The notes: generated by a model from the sequence alone, not told the origin. DNA of 40,000 nucleotides from Candidatus Peregrinibacteria bacterium RIFOXYA2_FULL_41_18 (GCA_001788795.1 MFXH01000010.1:9328-49327); one strand, 5' to 3'; numbered from the stretch's first letter, positions 1-8,655 are shown. A program made the numbers and translations.

Positions 1-414
1 TGTCGCGAATTCTCTCCCGGGAGAATTTTGACAATCCTGCGCTTTTATATTGCGAGCATATGTTTCGAGTGTTGTTTTCGGGAGGGTTTTTACCATCTCG
101 ACAAGTTTATTTTCTTCAATAGGCAGATCGGCAACAGCTCGCACTTTCGAATATCCTTGCATTTCTATTTGGGCCTTTAATAAAGGTTTGTTTTCAACTT
201 TCTCATAAGTTCTCAATACTTCGTCAACTACGCGAACGCTCACTCCCCCAACCCTCGCCGCAAACTCATACACAGAATGAAATCCATACTTCTTATACAA
301 CTTGCGCCTCTCAACCTCCGGCAGAAGCGCCACAAATTTCTTGCGATACGCAAGTGCCAATCCACCATATTTTTGACACAAGCTCCACAATGCAGAATTC
401 GATAGTTTTTCCAT
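1..414 (-). CDS. Partial CDS (first 138 codons, runs off the window start); helical N-terminal region of the kind found in front of HNH nucleases (DUF222-like)
   Basis: ATG at 414..412. I checked all 138 reverse-frame triplets and found no stop down to position 1. Translation begins MEKLSNSALWSLCQKYGGLALAYRKKFVALLPEVERRKLYKKYGFHSVYEFAARVGGVS. It is absent from the ORF track because it has no in-window stop. The family call is from remembered similarity only. Confidence 0.45.
   Translation of the reverse strand, partial: MEKLSNSALWSLCQKYGGLALAYRKKFVALLPEVERRKLYKKYGFHSVYEFAARVGGVSVRVVDEVLRTYEKVENKPLLKAQIEMQGYSKVRAVADLPIEENKLVEMVKTLPKTTLETYARNIKAQDCQNSPGREFAT
9..30 (+). repeat. 22-nt palindromic hairpin repeat attctctcccgggagaattttg (copy 1, inside the partial CDS)
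   Basis: Its exact reverse complement occurs at 36433..36454. The core ttctcccgggagaa is a perfect 14-bp palindrome centred on CCCGGG. Confidence 0.8.
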
Positions 415-489
415 GAAATTTTTACTTAAAAGACGCCTACATATTAATGCCGGCAACAGATAGAATCAAGTATTCCGACTGGACGAATT

Positions 490-512
490 AAAAAGGTGAG
501 GCGCAGCTCACC
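490..512 (-). terminator. Rho-independent terminator of leuS
   Basis: The minus strand reads GGTGAG-ctgcgc-CTCACC followed by TTTTT, about 40 nt after the leuS stop. Confidence 0.6.
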
Positions 513-553
513 GCGCCGCCACTTCTGCAATAGGGATTTGCTCGCAAATCTCG

Positions 554-2959
554 CTATTTCACCACCAAGTTCACGATCTTCCCCGGCACATAAATCTCCT
601 TCACGACCTGACCAGCCAAGTATTTTTTCACATTTTCTTCCGCTTTCGCGCGCGCCAGAACGGCTTCTTTGCCCAAATCTTTTGGAATCAAAATAGTTCC
701 ACGAAGACGCCCGTTAACTTGAATCGCGATTGTTATTTCATCATCAACTATTTGTGCAGAATCGTAAGTCGGCCAACTCTCCTCAAAAACGCTTCCCTTG
801 CCTCCGACCTTAGACCAAATCTCCTCCGCCAAATGCGGAGCCAAAGGCGCGATCAGCCTAGTTGCGACCTGTTTTTGATCCTTCGACAAGACTTTGCCGG
901 AAGCTTCGTTCGCAAGCGCCATAAGCGCAGAAATCGCAGTGTTGAAATGCATCGCATCTATATCTTCGGTGACTTTTTTGACAGTCTTGTGGATAATCGC
1001 CGGAGCAATTTTCTCACCATCCTTAACCTCTTCCATCATCGCGCGCCAGAATTTTTCAACAAATCTCTTGATTCCGACAATCCCCTTATCGTTCCAATCA
1101 CCTCCTTGCGTAAATGGACCCATGAACATCAAATACATCCTGAAAACATCGCTTCCGTACATCTTCACGAACTCATCCGGACTCACAACATTCCCCTTCG
1201 ACTTGGACATCTTGGCGCCATTTTTGGTAATCATACCCTGATGCACCAATCGCTTAAACGGCTCGCTCGCCTTAACGTATCCCAAATCGTGCATCGCCTT
1301 GTGAATGAATCTTGCGTAAAGCAAATGCATGCACGCGTGCTCAGGACCCCCGATATACATATCTACCGGCAACCATTTCGAGAGCATTTTCTCTTCGAAA
1401 GGTTTTCCCTCAAGTTGCGAGCACGGATATCTCAAGAAATACCAACTCGAACAAACGAACGTATCCATCGTATCTGTTTCTCGCGTAGCAGGACCGCCGC
1501 ATGTCGGACATTTGGTCGTCACGAATTTCTTAGAAGTATTTAGTGGCGATTTTCCGTCACCTTTTGGCGTGAAATCTATATCCATCGGCAGCTTAACCGG
1601 TAAATCTTTTTCCGCTACTGCAACCTCTCCGCACTTATCGCAATAAACGATCGGAATCGGCGCGCCCCAATAGCGCTGACGTGAAATGAGCCAGTCGCGG
1701 AGACGGTAGTTTATCTTCAGTTTCGCAAGACCTTTTTTATCAAGAAATCTTGTTATATCAAGCCTTGCCTGAGCGGAAGGAGTGCCTCCGAACTCGCTTG
1801 AATTAATCAGTTTTCCGTCATCAACGAATGCTGCTTTCGGAAGAGTGGATTTTATCGAATTGTTAATCGGACTTATAACTTCTTTAATCGGTAACTTATA
1901 TTTTTTCGCAAAAGCAAAATCCCTCGTGTCATGCGCCGGTACCGCCATCACCGCCCCCGTTCCATAATGAACAAGCACATAGTCGGCAATCCAAATCGGT
2001 ATCTTGGCACCATTCACAGGATTTGTCGCATAAGCACCCGTGAAAACGCCGGTTTTCTCCCTATCTTCGGCACTTCGTTCAATATCTGTCGCCTTACGAG
2101 TTTTTTTAATATAATTTTCAACAGATTTCTTATTCTCGATAGTTGTAATCTTCTCGATAAGTTCATGCTCGGGCGCAAGTACCATATAAGTCGCGCCGTA
2201 AAGCGTATCGATTCTTGTCGTATAGACGGTTATTTTTTTATCATACCCTTGGATTTCAAAATCCACTTCGCTCCCCTCGCTTCTCCCTATCCAATTTTCC
2301 TGCATAAGGCGAGTTTTTTCAGGCCAATCCAATCCTTTGTAATCGAGAAGTTTCTGCGCGTATTGCTTAATATTCACAAACCATTGAGTGAGATCTTTCT
2401 TGGTAACTTCGCTATCACATCTATCACAGAGTCCATCCTGAGCCTGTTCATTCGCAAGAACGGTTTTGCAGCTTGGACACCAATTCACCGGAGCCGTCTT
2501 CCTGTAAACCAATCCGTTTTTGTATAATTGCAAGAAAACCCATTGAGTCCATTTGTAATAATCAGGTTCGGCGGTTACAACCTCGGCATCCCAATCCCAA
2601 AAAGCTCCCATCGCCTTCAACTGTTTTCGCATATAGGCAATATTCGTCTTGGTCGTTTGAGCAGGATGGACGCCTGTTTTTATTGCATAGTTCTCCGCAG
2701 GCAAACCGAATGCATCGAAACCTATCGGCTGAAAAACGTTAAACCCTTTCATTCTCATATATCTGCCCCACGAATCCGCAGGCGCGTAACTGTACCAGTG
2801 TCCGATATGGAGCTTGTCTCCGGACGGATACGGGAACATCACCAAGTTGTAATACTTAGGCTTGGTTGAATCTTGCAGATCTGTTTTGTAAAGCTTCTTG
2901 GCTTCCCAAAACTTGCGCCATTTCGTTTCCGCCTTTGAATGATCGTAATGTTTAAGCAT
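554..2959 (-). CDS. leuS: Leucine--tRNA ligase
   Basis: 801-aa ORF with a class I HIGH motif (PYPSGDKLHIGH), a KMSKS motif and the CP1 zinc-finger cysteines typical of bacterial LeuRS. Confidence 0.97.
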   Translation of the reverse strand: MLKHYDHSKAETKWRKFWEAKKLYKTDLQDSTKPKYYNLVMFPYPSGDKLHIGHWYSYAPADSWGRYMRMKGFNVFQPIGFDAFGLPAENYAIKTGVHPAQTTKTNIAYMRKQLKAMGAFWDWDAEVVTAEPDYYKWTQWVFLQLYKNGLVYRKTAPVNWCPSCKTVLANEQAQDGLCDRCDSEVTKKDLTQWFVNIKQYAQKLLDYKGLDWPEKTRLMQENWIGRSEGSEVDFEIQGYDKKITVYTTRIDTLYGATYMVLAPEHELIEKITTIENKKSVENYIKKTRKATDIERSAEDREKTGVFTGAYATNPVNGAKIPIWIADYVLVHYGTGAVMAVPAHDTRDFAFAKKYKLPIKEVISPINNSIKSTLPKAAFVDDGKLINSSEFGGTPSAQARLDITRFLDKKGLAKLKINYRLRDWLISRQRYWGAPIPIVYCDKCGEVAVAEKDLPVKLPMDIDFTPKGDGKSPLNTSKKFVTTKCPTCGGPATRETDTMDTFVCSSWYFLRYPCSQLEGKPFEEKMLSKWLPVDMYIGGPEHACMHLLYARFIHKAMHDLGYVKASEPFKRLVHQGMITKNGAKMSKSKGNVVSPDEFVKMYGSDVFRMYLMFMGPFTQGGDWNDKGIVGIKRFVEKFWRAMMEEVKDGEKIAPAIIHKTVKKVTEDIDAMHFNTAISALMALANEASGKVLSKDQKQVATRLIAPLAPHLAEEIWSKVGGKGSVFEESWPTYDSAQIVDDEITIAIQVNGRLRGTILIPKDLGKEAVLARAKAEENVKKYLAGQVVKEIYVPGKIVNLVVK

Positions 2960-3069
2960 TTTTGTGTTAAAAAAGATGACGGTTTTATTTTACAGCAATA
3001 GTGCCGGTAAATGAACATGAAAGCAAAAACCGCCTTTTAACAAGAGACGATATCGTGCAAGTCTTAGGA

Positions 3070-3723
3070 TTAAAAGCCAGTCGCCTTAAAAGCTGCGGAT
3101 TGCACTTTCGCTCGCTCTTCACGCAACCGAGGGGCATGAACATATCTCTCAAAATTCGAAATGAAATCACTAAGACGTCTCGACTCCGGAGTAGGATCTG
3201 CATGAGTAATTTGATACCCTCTTAAATTATCGCTTCCTGCAGGTAAAACTGAGAATTGGCTAAAGAGTTTCATATCCCTATAGATAGCGGCAAGGTTATC
3301 CGTTCCAATCTGAACCAACTCATCATTTAGAATCCTCAGATAATGTAGTTGTTGGTCTGAACCTTTCCAATAGATTCGCAATCCATCATTAGATCCAAGT
3401 GGAGGCGTTGTAATATACATAGTGCCAGGATTTGCTTTTTCAAATGCATCCCAAAGTACAACTCTTGCATCTGAGTATGTACCATCATGCTTTGGAATTT
3501 TATTGTCACCATATCCTTCTAACGCTTCCTCCATTGCCAAAAAGACAGCCTTATCTCCATCCTGAGAAATAGTTTCTCCTTTGCTTCGCATTAAATCCAA
3601 TATTTTACCTACGATTTCTCTCCTAGCCTTCTCATCGCTTTCATGAGTATCAGGAGTCTTTAATGAGTCATCAGTGCTATTCATAGAATGCAAGGTTGAC
3701 GAATAAATTTCGCTTCGGGACAA
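3070..3723 (-). CDS. Hypothetical protein (217 aa from a TTG start, or 204 aa from the ATG at 3684)
   Basis: Long ORF with no recognisable motif. It lies 11 nt downstream of the 67-aa ORF on the same strand. The start is uncertain. Confidence 0.55.
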   Translation of the reverse strand: MSRSEIYSSTLHSMNSTDDSLKTPDTHESDEKARREIVGKILDLMRSKGETISQDGDKAVFLAMEEALEGYGDNKIPKHDGTYSDARVVLWDAFEKANPGTMYITTPPLGSNDGLRIYWKGSDQQLHYLRILNDELVQIGTDNLAAIYRDMKLFSQFSVLPAGSDNLRGYQITHADPTPESRRLSDFISNFERYVHAPRLREERAKVQSAAFKATGF

Positions 3724-3734
3724 GAACCTCGCTA

Positions 3735-3938
3735 CTACTCTTCTTCCCCGCCGCCATGTGGAATCATCACCATATCGCTCGACACAGCATGCAACGGATT
3801 GTAATCAATTGTATCGCCCTTCTGTCCGGTCGAATTAAGACCGAAAGCAAGAAGCCCTATCGTCAGACTTACAAGGAAAATCGATAGGACGATGATCGCA
3901 ATTTTTGCTCTGTGCGTGAGTGATTGGACGTATTCCAT
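3735..3938 (-). CDS. Small single-pass membrane protein (67 aa)
   Basis: One clear hydrophobic helix (IAIIVLSIFLVSLTIGLLAFGL). It is the first gene of a two-gene unit downstream of a divergent promoter region. Confidence 0.5.
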   Translation of the reverse strand: MEYVQSLTHRAKIAIIVLSIFLVSLTIGLLAFGLNSTGQKGDTIDYNPLHAVSSDMVMIPHGGGEEE

Positions 3939-4024
3939 AATTTTTGATTATGCTATATGATAAAACATCTCGACTTAAATGTCAAGCTATTGATGTATGC
4001 AAATGGCTTAAACAAGCGGTTTCT

Positions 4025-4065
4025 CTGTAATTCTGCTTCCTGTAACTCTGTAATTCTGTTATAAT
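4025..4065 (+). promoter_or_regulatory. Extended -10 promoter (TGtTATAAT at 4057..4065) overlapped by CTGTAAYTCTG direct repeats
   Basis: ctgtaattctg occurs at 4025..4035 and 4048..4058, and the variant ctgtaactctg at 4040..4050. The TATAAT lies 22 nt before the ATG at 4088. Confidence 0.5.
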
Positions 4066-4087
4066 TGTAAGATAACAAAAAACAAAT

Positions 4088-4501
4088 ATGACCGATTTCT
4101 CGATTCTACCAATCCTTCAAAACATACCCCTTTTCAAGGGTCTCGATTCAAGCCTCCACGAAGAGATTATTAAACACATAACCTTGCAGTATTATCCTGC
4201 TAATTATCAACTTTTTACTGAAGGAGATGTAGGCACGAAGATGTATATTATGAAGAGGGGCTCTGTTCGCATTTATAAGCAAAAGACCGATGAACAAATC
4301 GCCATACTCGGAGAGAAGTCTTTTTTTGGCGAAATGGCTCTGATCGCGGATCAACCAAGAACGGCTTCCGCCAAGACTACAGAAGAATCTGAGATTTTTA
4401 TTCTGGAGAAAAACGATTTCGATCTTCTTTTATCCAAGAATCCTACGGCTCAAAAAGCCATAAAGGACACCTATACCGTAAGATCTTCACTCAATAAATA
4501 G
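4088..4501 (+). CDS. Stand-alone cyclic-nucleotide-binding (CAP/CNB) domain protein
   Basis: 137 aa with the FGEMALI...RTASA phosphate-binding-cassette signature. There is no attached DNA-binding or other output domain. Confidence 0.8.
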   Translation: MTDFSILPILQNIPLFKGLDSSLHEEIIKHITLQYYPANYQLFTEGDVGTKMYIMKRGSVRIYKQKTDEQIAILGEKSFFGEMALIADQPRTASAKTTEESEIFILEKNDFDLLLSKNPTAQKAIKDTYTVRSSLNK

Positions 4502-5076
4502 TGATCACTTATATCCTCATTTTCGGCCATCTCGCCACCGACTTTTTATTCCAACCTTCAAAACTTGTTACTTGGAAAGAACGCAGTTGGGTCGGCACTC
4601 TGGTACATGTCGCGATACTTGCGATTGTTTGTTTGATATTGTTATCTCCATTCCTTAGGCAATCCGTTGTTTTCGTTGCCATCGGCATACTTGCAATGAC
4701 ACATTTTGTGCAAGATTGGCTAAAAATCTGGTATGACCGCAAATACAATACTTCCAAGCGTTCCTATCCGTTTTTTACGGATCAATTTTTGCATATTTTC
4801 ATAATTTATTTGATCGGCGGATATCTTGATTCCAACCTGGCGGATCCCGTAATAATGAATGATTACATGTTCGCAATCTATACGAATCCGAACATATATA
4901 TCTGCTTCTCGTTATTGATAGTTTTCTCATATGCGCTCGACATCGCCAACTATCAGTTAAAAAGACATAAAAATCCCCACCTACCCTACGTCAGAAGGTA
5001 TGCATTTATATCAAAAGGAATACTCGCTTTCGGCGTGTTTTATGCAATATTTCTGATCGCCAGTTATCTGTTGTAA
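4501..5076 (+). CDS. DUF3307-type polytopic membrane protein
   Basis: GTG start overlaps the upstream TAG (TAGTG). It has H-x3-DF-x2-Q, HFxQD and DQxxH motifs and multiple hydrophobic helices. Confidence 0.7.
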   Translation: MITYILIFGHLATDFLFQPSKLVTWKERSWVGTLVHVAILAIVCLILLSPFLRQSVVFVAIGILAMTHFVQDWLKIWYDRKYNTSKRSYPFFTDQFLHIFIIYLIGGYLDSNLADPVIMNDYMFAIYTNPNIYICFSLLIVFSYALDIANYQLKRHKNPHLPYVRRYAFISKGILAFGVFYAIFLIASYLL

Positions 5077-5149
5077 CATAACCCACGTCATTTCATTTGA
5101 CTTATCGCCCGTTTATGCGCTAGGTTATGTTTCTTTAAAAAAATTCAAA

Positions 5150-5848
5150 ATGGATACACCATCTGCAAAAAACGTATTGAAACCGTTGGTATATGCCGCC
5201 TTGGGTGGCGCACTCGTAACGCAATGTCCGGAAGGCTCAGACCGTCAAATCACAGATTTAACAACCAAGATTAACAATGTTTGCGGCAAGGCGTTAACCG
5301 AAGGTGAGATCTCTTATGATCAAAATCCGGATGGGAGTATTGTTTTTCAGTTAACCGCCGATACGGATAATAAATTGGGATCATCTTATGCCGATTTATG
5401 TATTTGCAATGTACCTGCCGATTTCAGCGCGATCATGTGTACCGGAGCAAAAGATTTTAATCCTGACAACACCTTGCTAATGAAAGATTCGTTCATGGTT
5501 GATGTTGATGCGTCCGGATATATGAGCATGAATACATATAGCCCTCTTAACAATATCCTTGCTCTTCAAAACGGTATGTCCGAAGCAGAATTACTAGATG
5601 AAGTCGCCGAACAGGCGCAATCTTCCGTAATTGAAATTGATAATCAAGAAAGCGATGCGGCAAATAGCGCAAGACGTACAATGAATCTCTACAGAGATCA
5701 TCTTCATCAAGTATTAGATGCAGATCAAATGCCGGTCATTATGTATGATCCATCAACAGGTGAAATCATAGTTCCCGGAATGGAACAAGGAGGATGCGAT
5801 ACTAATGGAGGACTCGATCCGTTTGGCGAACCGATGCCATCGATCTAA
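5150..5848 (+). CDS. Hypothetical Cys-containing exported protein
   Basis: 232-aa ORF with a hydrophobic N-terminus and no recognised family. Confidence 0.55.
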   Translation: MDTPSAKNVLKPLVYAALGGALVTQCPEGSDRQITDLTTKINNVCGKALTEGEISYDQNPDGSIVFQLTADTDNKLGSSYADLCICNVPADFSAIMCTGAKDFNPDNTLLMKDSFMVDVDASGYMSMNTYSPLNNILALQNGMSEAELLDEVAEQAQSSVIEIDNQESDAANSARRTMNLYRDHLHQVLDADQMPVIMYDPSTGEIIVPGMEQGGCDTNGGLDPFGEPMPSI

Positions 5849-6819
5849 GTAGCATCTCTTGCTCCCAACTTAACGGGTCCCTTTTCGCGTGCGCTTATCT
5901 CTCCTTCTTCTGTTAACTGCAAGAATGTCAGCACCCAAACCGCATTGGCGAAAACTTCCAATATGCCTGTGAAATAAGCTGCAAAGAAAAGCGAAACAAT
6001 CCCGACTATTATACCGATTATTGTTCCTATTTTTGCGAGTGTTATGGTAGCGATCAGTCCGCCCGCAAGGAATATAAGCGATGGCACAAGCAAAACTAGG
6101 ATTATGTTCACTATGATTCTTGCGCTTATAAGCACCATCAAAATAAGAAGCAAAATCGTGTGCCTCCAGTGAAGAACGACAAGCTTCATGCTTTTACCCA
6201 TTGATTTAATAACACCAACTTCATCTATAACTATGTAATAATCCGTATAAGTCAGAAAAAGTGCCAAAATAAGTCCGAATATCATCAATAATATGAATGG
6301 CACTACAAGGAATTTAAATGCATCCCACCCCATATTCCTCAAGATAAACATAGCTTCTGTAACAATCGTAACGAATCCAAAAATCTTAATAAGCATATGA
6401 TACTCAAACAGCTTGAGGAACCCAAGTGCGCCATAAGTAACACCATCAATCATTGATGTCGGCTGACCATTTTTTATCCTCGCCGTAAGCTGTATAAGAG
6501 CCACTCTTGCAAAAGTAGGATAGACCGTATCAAGCAAGAATATTATAGCCGCGAATGTCACGAGAAGTATCCCCTGCGAGGTGTTGTTTTCTATAAGACT
6601 CAATATCCACACAACAAGCTCTTTCAGAAAACTTGTATGTTCGACATTTGCACCTTCGTTGAATATCGGTGAAAAACTGAAAGACATCACTTGATATCCG
6701 AAATAAACTATACCTACTATGATAGATAATAGAGCCGGAACAAAAGCCCAATACCAGAATAATTTTCTATTATGAGTTGTCAGAACCCAAGCATCTTTTA
6801 CGATGGCTTTATAATCCAT
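5845..6819 (-). CDS. Polytopic membrane protein (324 aa)
   Basis: I moved the start to the ATG at 6819 (MDYKAIVKDAW...). The 76-codon upstream extension in the ORF track overlaps corA and looks non-coding. The protein has 6 or more hydrophobic helices. Confidence 0.7.
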   Translation of the reverse strand: MDYKAIVKDAWVLTTHNRKLFWYWAFVPALLSIIVGIVYFGYQVMSFSFSPIFNEGANVEHTSFLKELVVWILSLIENNTSQGILLVTFAAIIFLLDTVYPTFARVALIQLTARIKNGQPTSMIDGVTYGALGFLKLFEYHMLIKIFGFVTIVTEAMFILRNMGWDAFKFLVVPFILLMIFGLILALFLTYTDYYIVIDEVGVIKSMGKSMKLVVLHWRHTILLLILMVLISARIIVNIILVLLVPSLIFLAGGLIATITLAKIGTIIGIIVGIVSLFFAAYFTGILEVFANAVWVLTFLQLTEEGEISAREKGPVKLGARDAT

Positions 6820-6922
6820 TGCACGATTTTTTTTCTTTATATTGACTTTAGCATATGGAGATTCTAAATTGAAGTAAAGGCTAAAAAATACGTAGTGCGA
6901 ATCGATAGCAGAGCACCTCATT

Positions 6923-7888
6923 ATGAGTCGTTTTGCATTAGCAAAACACCTTATGAACGAAACAAAAACACAATTCGAAAAAATTAGATTCAAAGATCTT
7001 GTCTGGACGGACATCATTTCGCCGAACAGGGAAGTCCTCACTTCCATTCAGAAAAAATATAAGTTCCATGAACTCGATATCGAGGACTGTTTGACAGAGA
7101 ATCAGAGATCTAAAATAGATGAATACGACAAGTATTTGTTTATGGTTTTGCATTTCCCTTTTTTCGACAGCACCAAGAAGCTTCTTGTAATACAGGAAAT
7201 CGATATCTTCATCGGTCAGGACTTCATTATTACGATACATGACGGGGTTTTGAGACCCGTGATGGATGTTTTCGGCAAGTGTATGTTATCCATAAAACAG
7301 AGAAAAAGATTTATGTCTAACGGGAGCGGATTTTTGCTGTATGAAATAATAGATTCGATGCTTGATGAAGGATTCCGTCTTGTCGATTATATCTCCAATA
7401 ATACCCATGTTATCGAGAAAAGCGTGTTTAACGTGGATGCAACTCGCAAGGATATGCTTAAAGATATTTTGATTTTGAAAAAAGATATCATCACGTTCAG
7501 GCGCGTTGTGTCTCCGCAAAGAACAGTTATTGCACAGCTTGAACATAAGAATAAGAAGTTTTTACCTGAAAATCTTGAGTTATATTTCGACGATCTTGTG
7601 GATAAGGTCGAGAAGACGTGGAGCAATCTTGAAAGTATGAAGGATTTGGTAATGTCGATTCAGGAGACTCACGAATCTATCATTTCGCATACGACAAACA
7701 ATGTAATTAAGGTACTTACCATATTCTCGGTCATTATGCTTCCTTTGACGGTTTTGACGGGCTTCTATGGGATGAATGTTAGTCTTCCGTTTGAACAACA
7801 CGAGGCGGCATATATGATTGTTATTGGAGGAATGATAGTTATCATAGGCGCCATGCTTGGGTATTTCAGATGGAGAAAGTGGCTGTAG
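6923..7888 (+). CDS. corA: CorA-family magnesium/cobalt transporter
   Basis: C-terminal two-TM region with the YGMN signature (GFYGMNVSLPF). An alternative start at 6953 is possible. Confidence 0.9.
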   Translation: MSRFALAKHLMNETKTQFEKIRFKDLVWTDIISPNREVLTSIQKKYKFHELDIEDCLTENQRSKIDEYDKYLFMVLHFPFFDSTKKLLVIQEIDIFIGQDFIITIHDGVLRPVMDVFGKCMLSIKQRKRFMSNGSGFLLYEIIDSMLDEGFRLVDYISNNTHVIEKSVFNVDATRKDMLKDILILKKDIITFRRVVSPQRTVIAQLEHKNKKFLPENLELYFDDLVDKVEKTWSNLESMKDLVMSIQETHESIISHTTNNVIKVLTIFSVIMLPLTVLTGFYGMNVSLPFEQHEAAYMIVIGGMIVIIGAMLGYFRWRKWL

Positions 7889-7890
7889 GG

Positions 7891-7915
7891 TAAGGAGCAA
7901 GACACAAGACACAGA
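7891..7915 (+). repeat. Stop-adjacent module M1 taaggaGcaagacacaagacacaga
   Basis: It matches 11270..11294 at 24 of 25 positions and begins 3 nt after the corA TAG. Confidence 0.8.
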
Positions 7916-7947
7916 TGGCAGATTGGGATGTGTTTTTTTGGAGAAAG

Positions 7948-7979
7948 AAAAAACCCCCGCGGATTAGGCGAGGGTTTTT
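7948..7979. terminator. Bidirectional intrinsic terminator (corA / 8001 gene)
   Basis: aaaaacccCcgc-ggattag-gcgAgggttttt: a GC stem with one mismatch, flanked by an A-run and a T-run. Confidence 0.6.
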
Positions 7980-8000
7980 AAGGGGAGATTAAACGCTTTT

Positions 8001-8492
8001 TTAGTTATTCTCGCAATCTTCACCTTCAGGATCTGTTTCTGACCTGTCGGTTGTCAATATGTACTCTTCTCTATTTGCATCCCAGCAGAAGCATCCTGCA
8101 TCTTGAGCATCTACATACCCGTCTCCATCATTATCAACACCATCTCCACAATCACCTTGTGTTGCATTGTTAGCAGTTTCATCATCAGATTCAAGTACTG
8201 CGCTTGATGGATTGTCGTCGCAAGCTCCATCGAAATCATCAATCGTTCCATCTCCGTCATTATCTATACCGTCATAACATTCGCCTTCTCCTTCCGGCGC
8301 ATATCCTGTATCTGCAGAAGCAGAATCCTTATCAATACCCCAAGGGTAATTCTCTCCGCAACCTGCATTAGGCAATGCGGCTGATGCAGCAATCATAAGA
8401 GCTGCAAATTTTGACCTCATTGGGTTAGATGCCGGCTTTTTTGCTGATGGTGCGACTGGCGCAACGTCAGCAGTTCTTGTAATTCTTTCCAT
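8001..8492 (-). CDS. Exported Asp-rich protein with DxDNDGDG calcium-binding-like repeats
   Basis: Two CxDGxDNDGDGxxDxxDxxC modules. An internal Met at 8420 precedes a lipobox-like LPNAGC, so the true start may be 8420. Confidence 0.65.
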   Translation of the reverse strand: MERITRTADVAPVAPSAKKPASNPMRSKFAALMIAASAALPNAGCGENYPWGIDKDSASADTGYAPEGEGECYDGIDNDGDGTIDDFDGACDDNPSSAVLESDDETANNATQGDCGDGVDNDGDGYVDAQDAGCFCWDANREEYILTTDRSETDPEGEDCENN

Positions 8493-8590
8493 GTTTGAAT
8501 TGGGTTAAAACTTATTAAGGGCGTGATTATAAGCACTATGTCGCGATTTGTCAAGCCTTTTCTGACACAAGATGTGATTTTGTAAAACCC

Positions 8591-8619
8591 TTGCCTTTCC
8601 ATTCCTGTTCGTGTAAAAT
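8591..8619 (+). promoter_or_regulatory. Putative rpsO promoter TTGCCT-17-TAAAAT
   Basis: The hexamers are at 8591..8596 and 8614..8619 with a 17-nt spacer, 37 nt before the ATG. Confidence 0.5.
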
Positions 8620-8655
8620 TTTTTTGTATTATTTTTACTCCTAAATCAAATTGAA

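Noticed and set aside
719-2869. Multiple long plus-strand ORFs (for example 719..1543, 1931..2527, 2528..2869) inside leuS
   Set aside because: They are antisense shadow ORFs of a well-supported 801-aa leuS. Their translations are low-complexity and unlike real proteins, and they mutually overlap.
554-2959. Alternative genetic code (UGA recoding as in Gracilibacteria/SR1)
   Set aside because: The long housekeeping ORFs (leuS, pnp, ilvB, ilvD) are intact under code 11 with no in-frame TGA. TGA is used as a terminal stop in the ilvN, ridA and hydrolase genes.
6820-7047. 76-codon N-terminal extension of ORF 5845..7047
   Set aside because: It overlaps the corA start by more than 120 nt, and its sequence (MEVRTSLFGEMMSVQTRSLNLIFSNCVF...) is non-protein-like. 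The internal ATG at 6819 gives a sensible membrane-protein N-terminus and leaves a 100-bp divergent promoter region.
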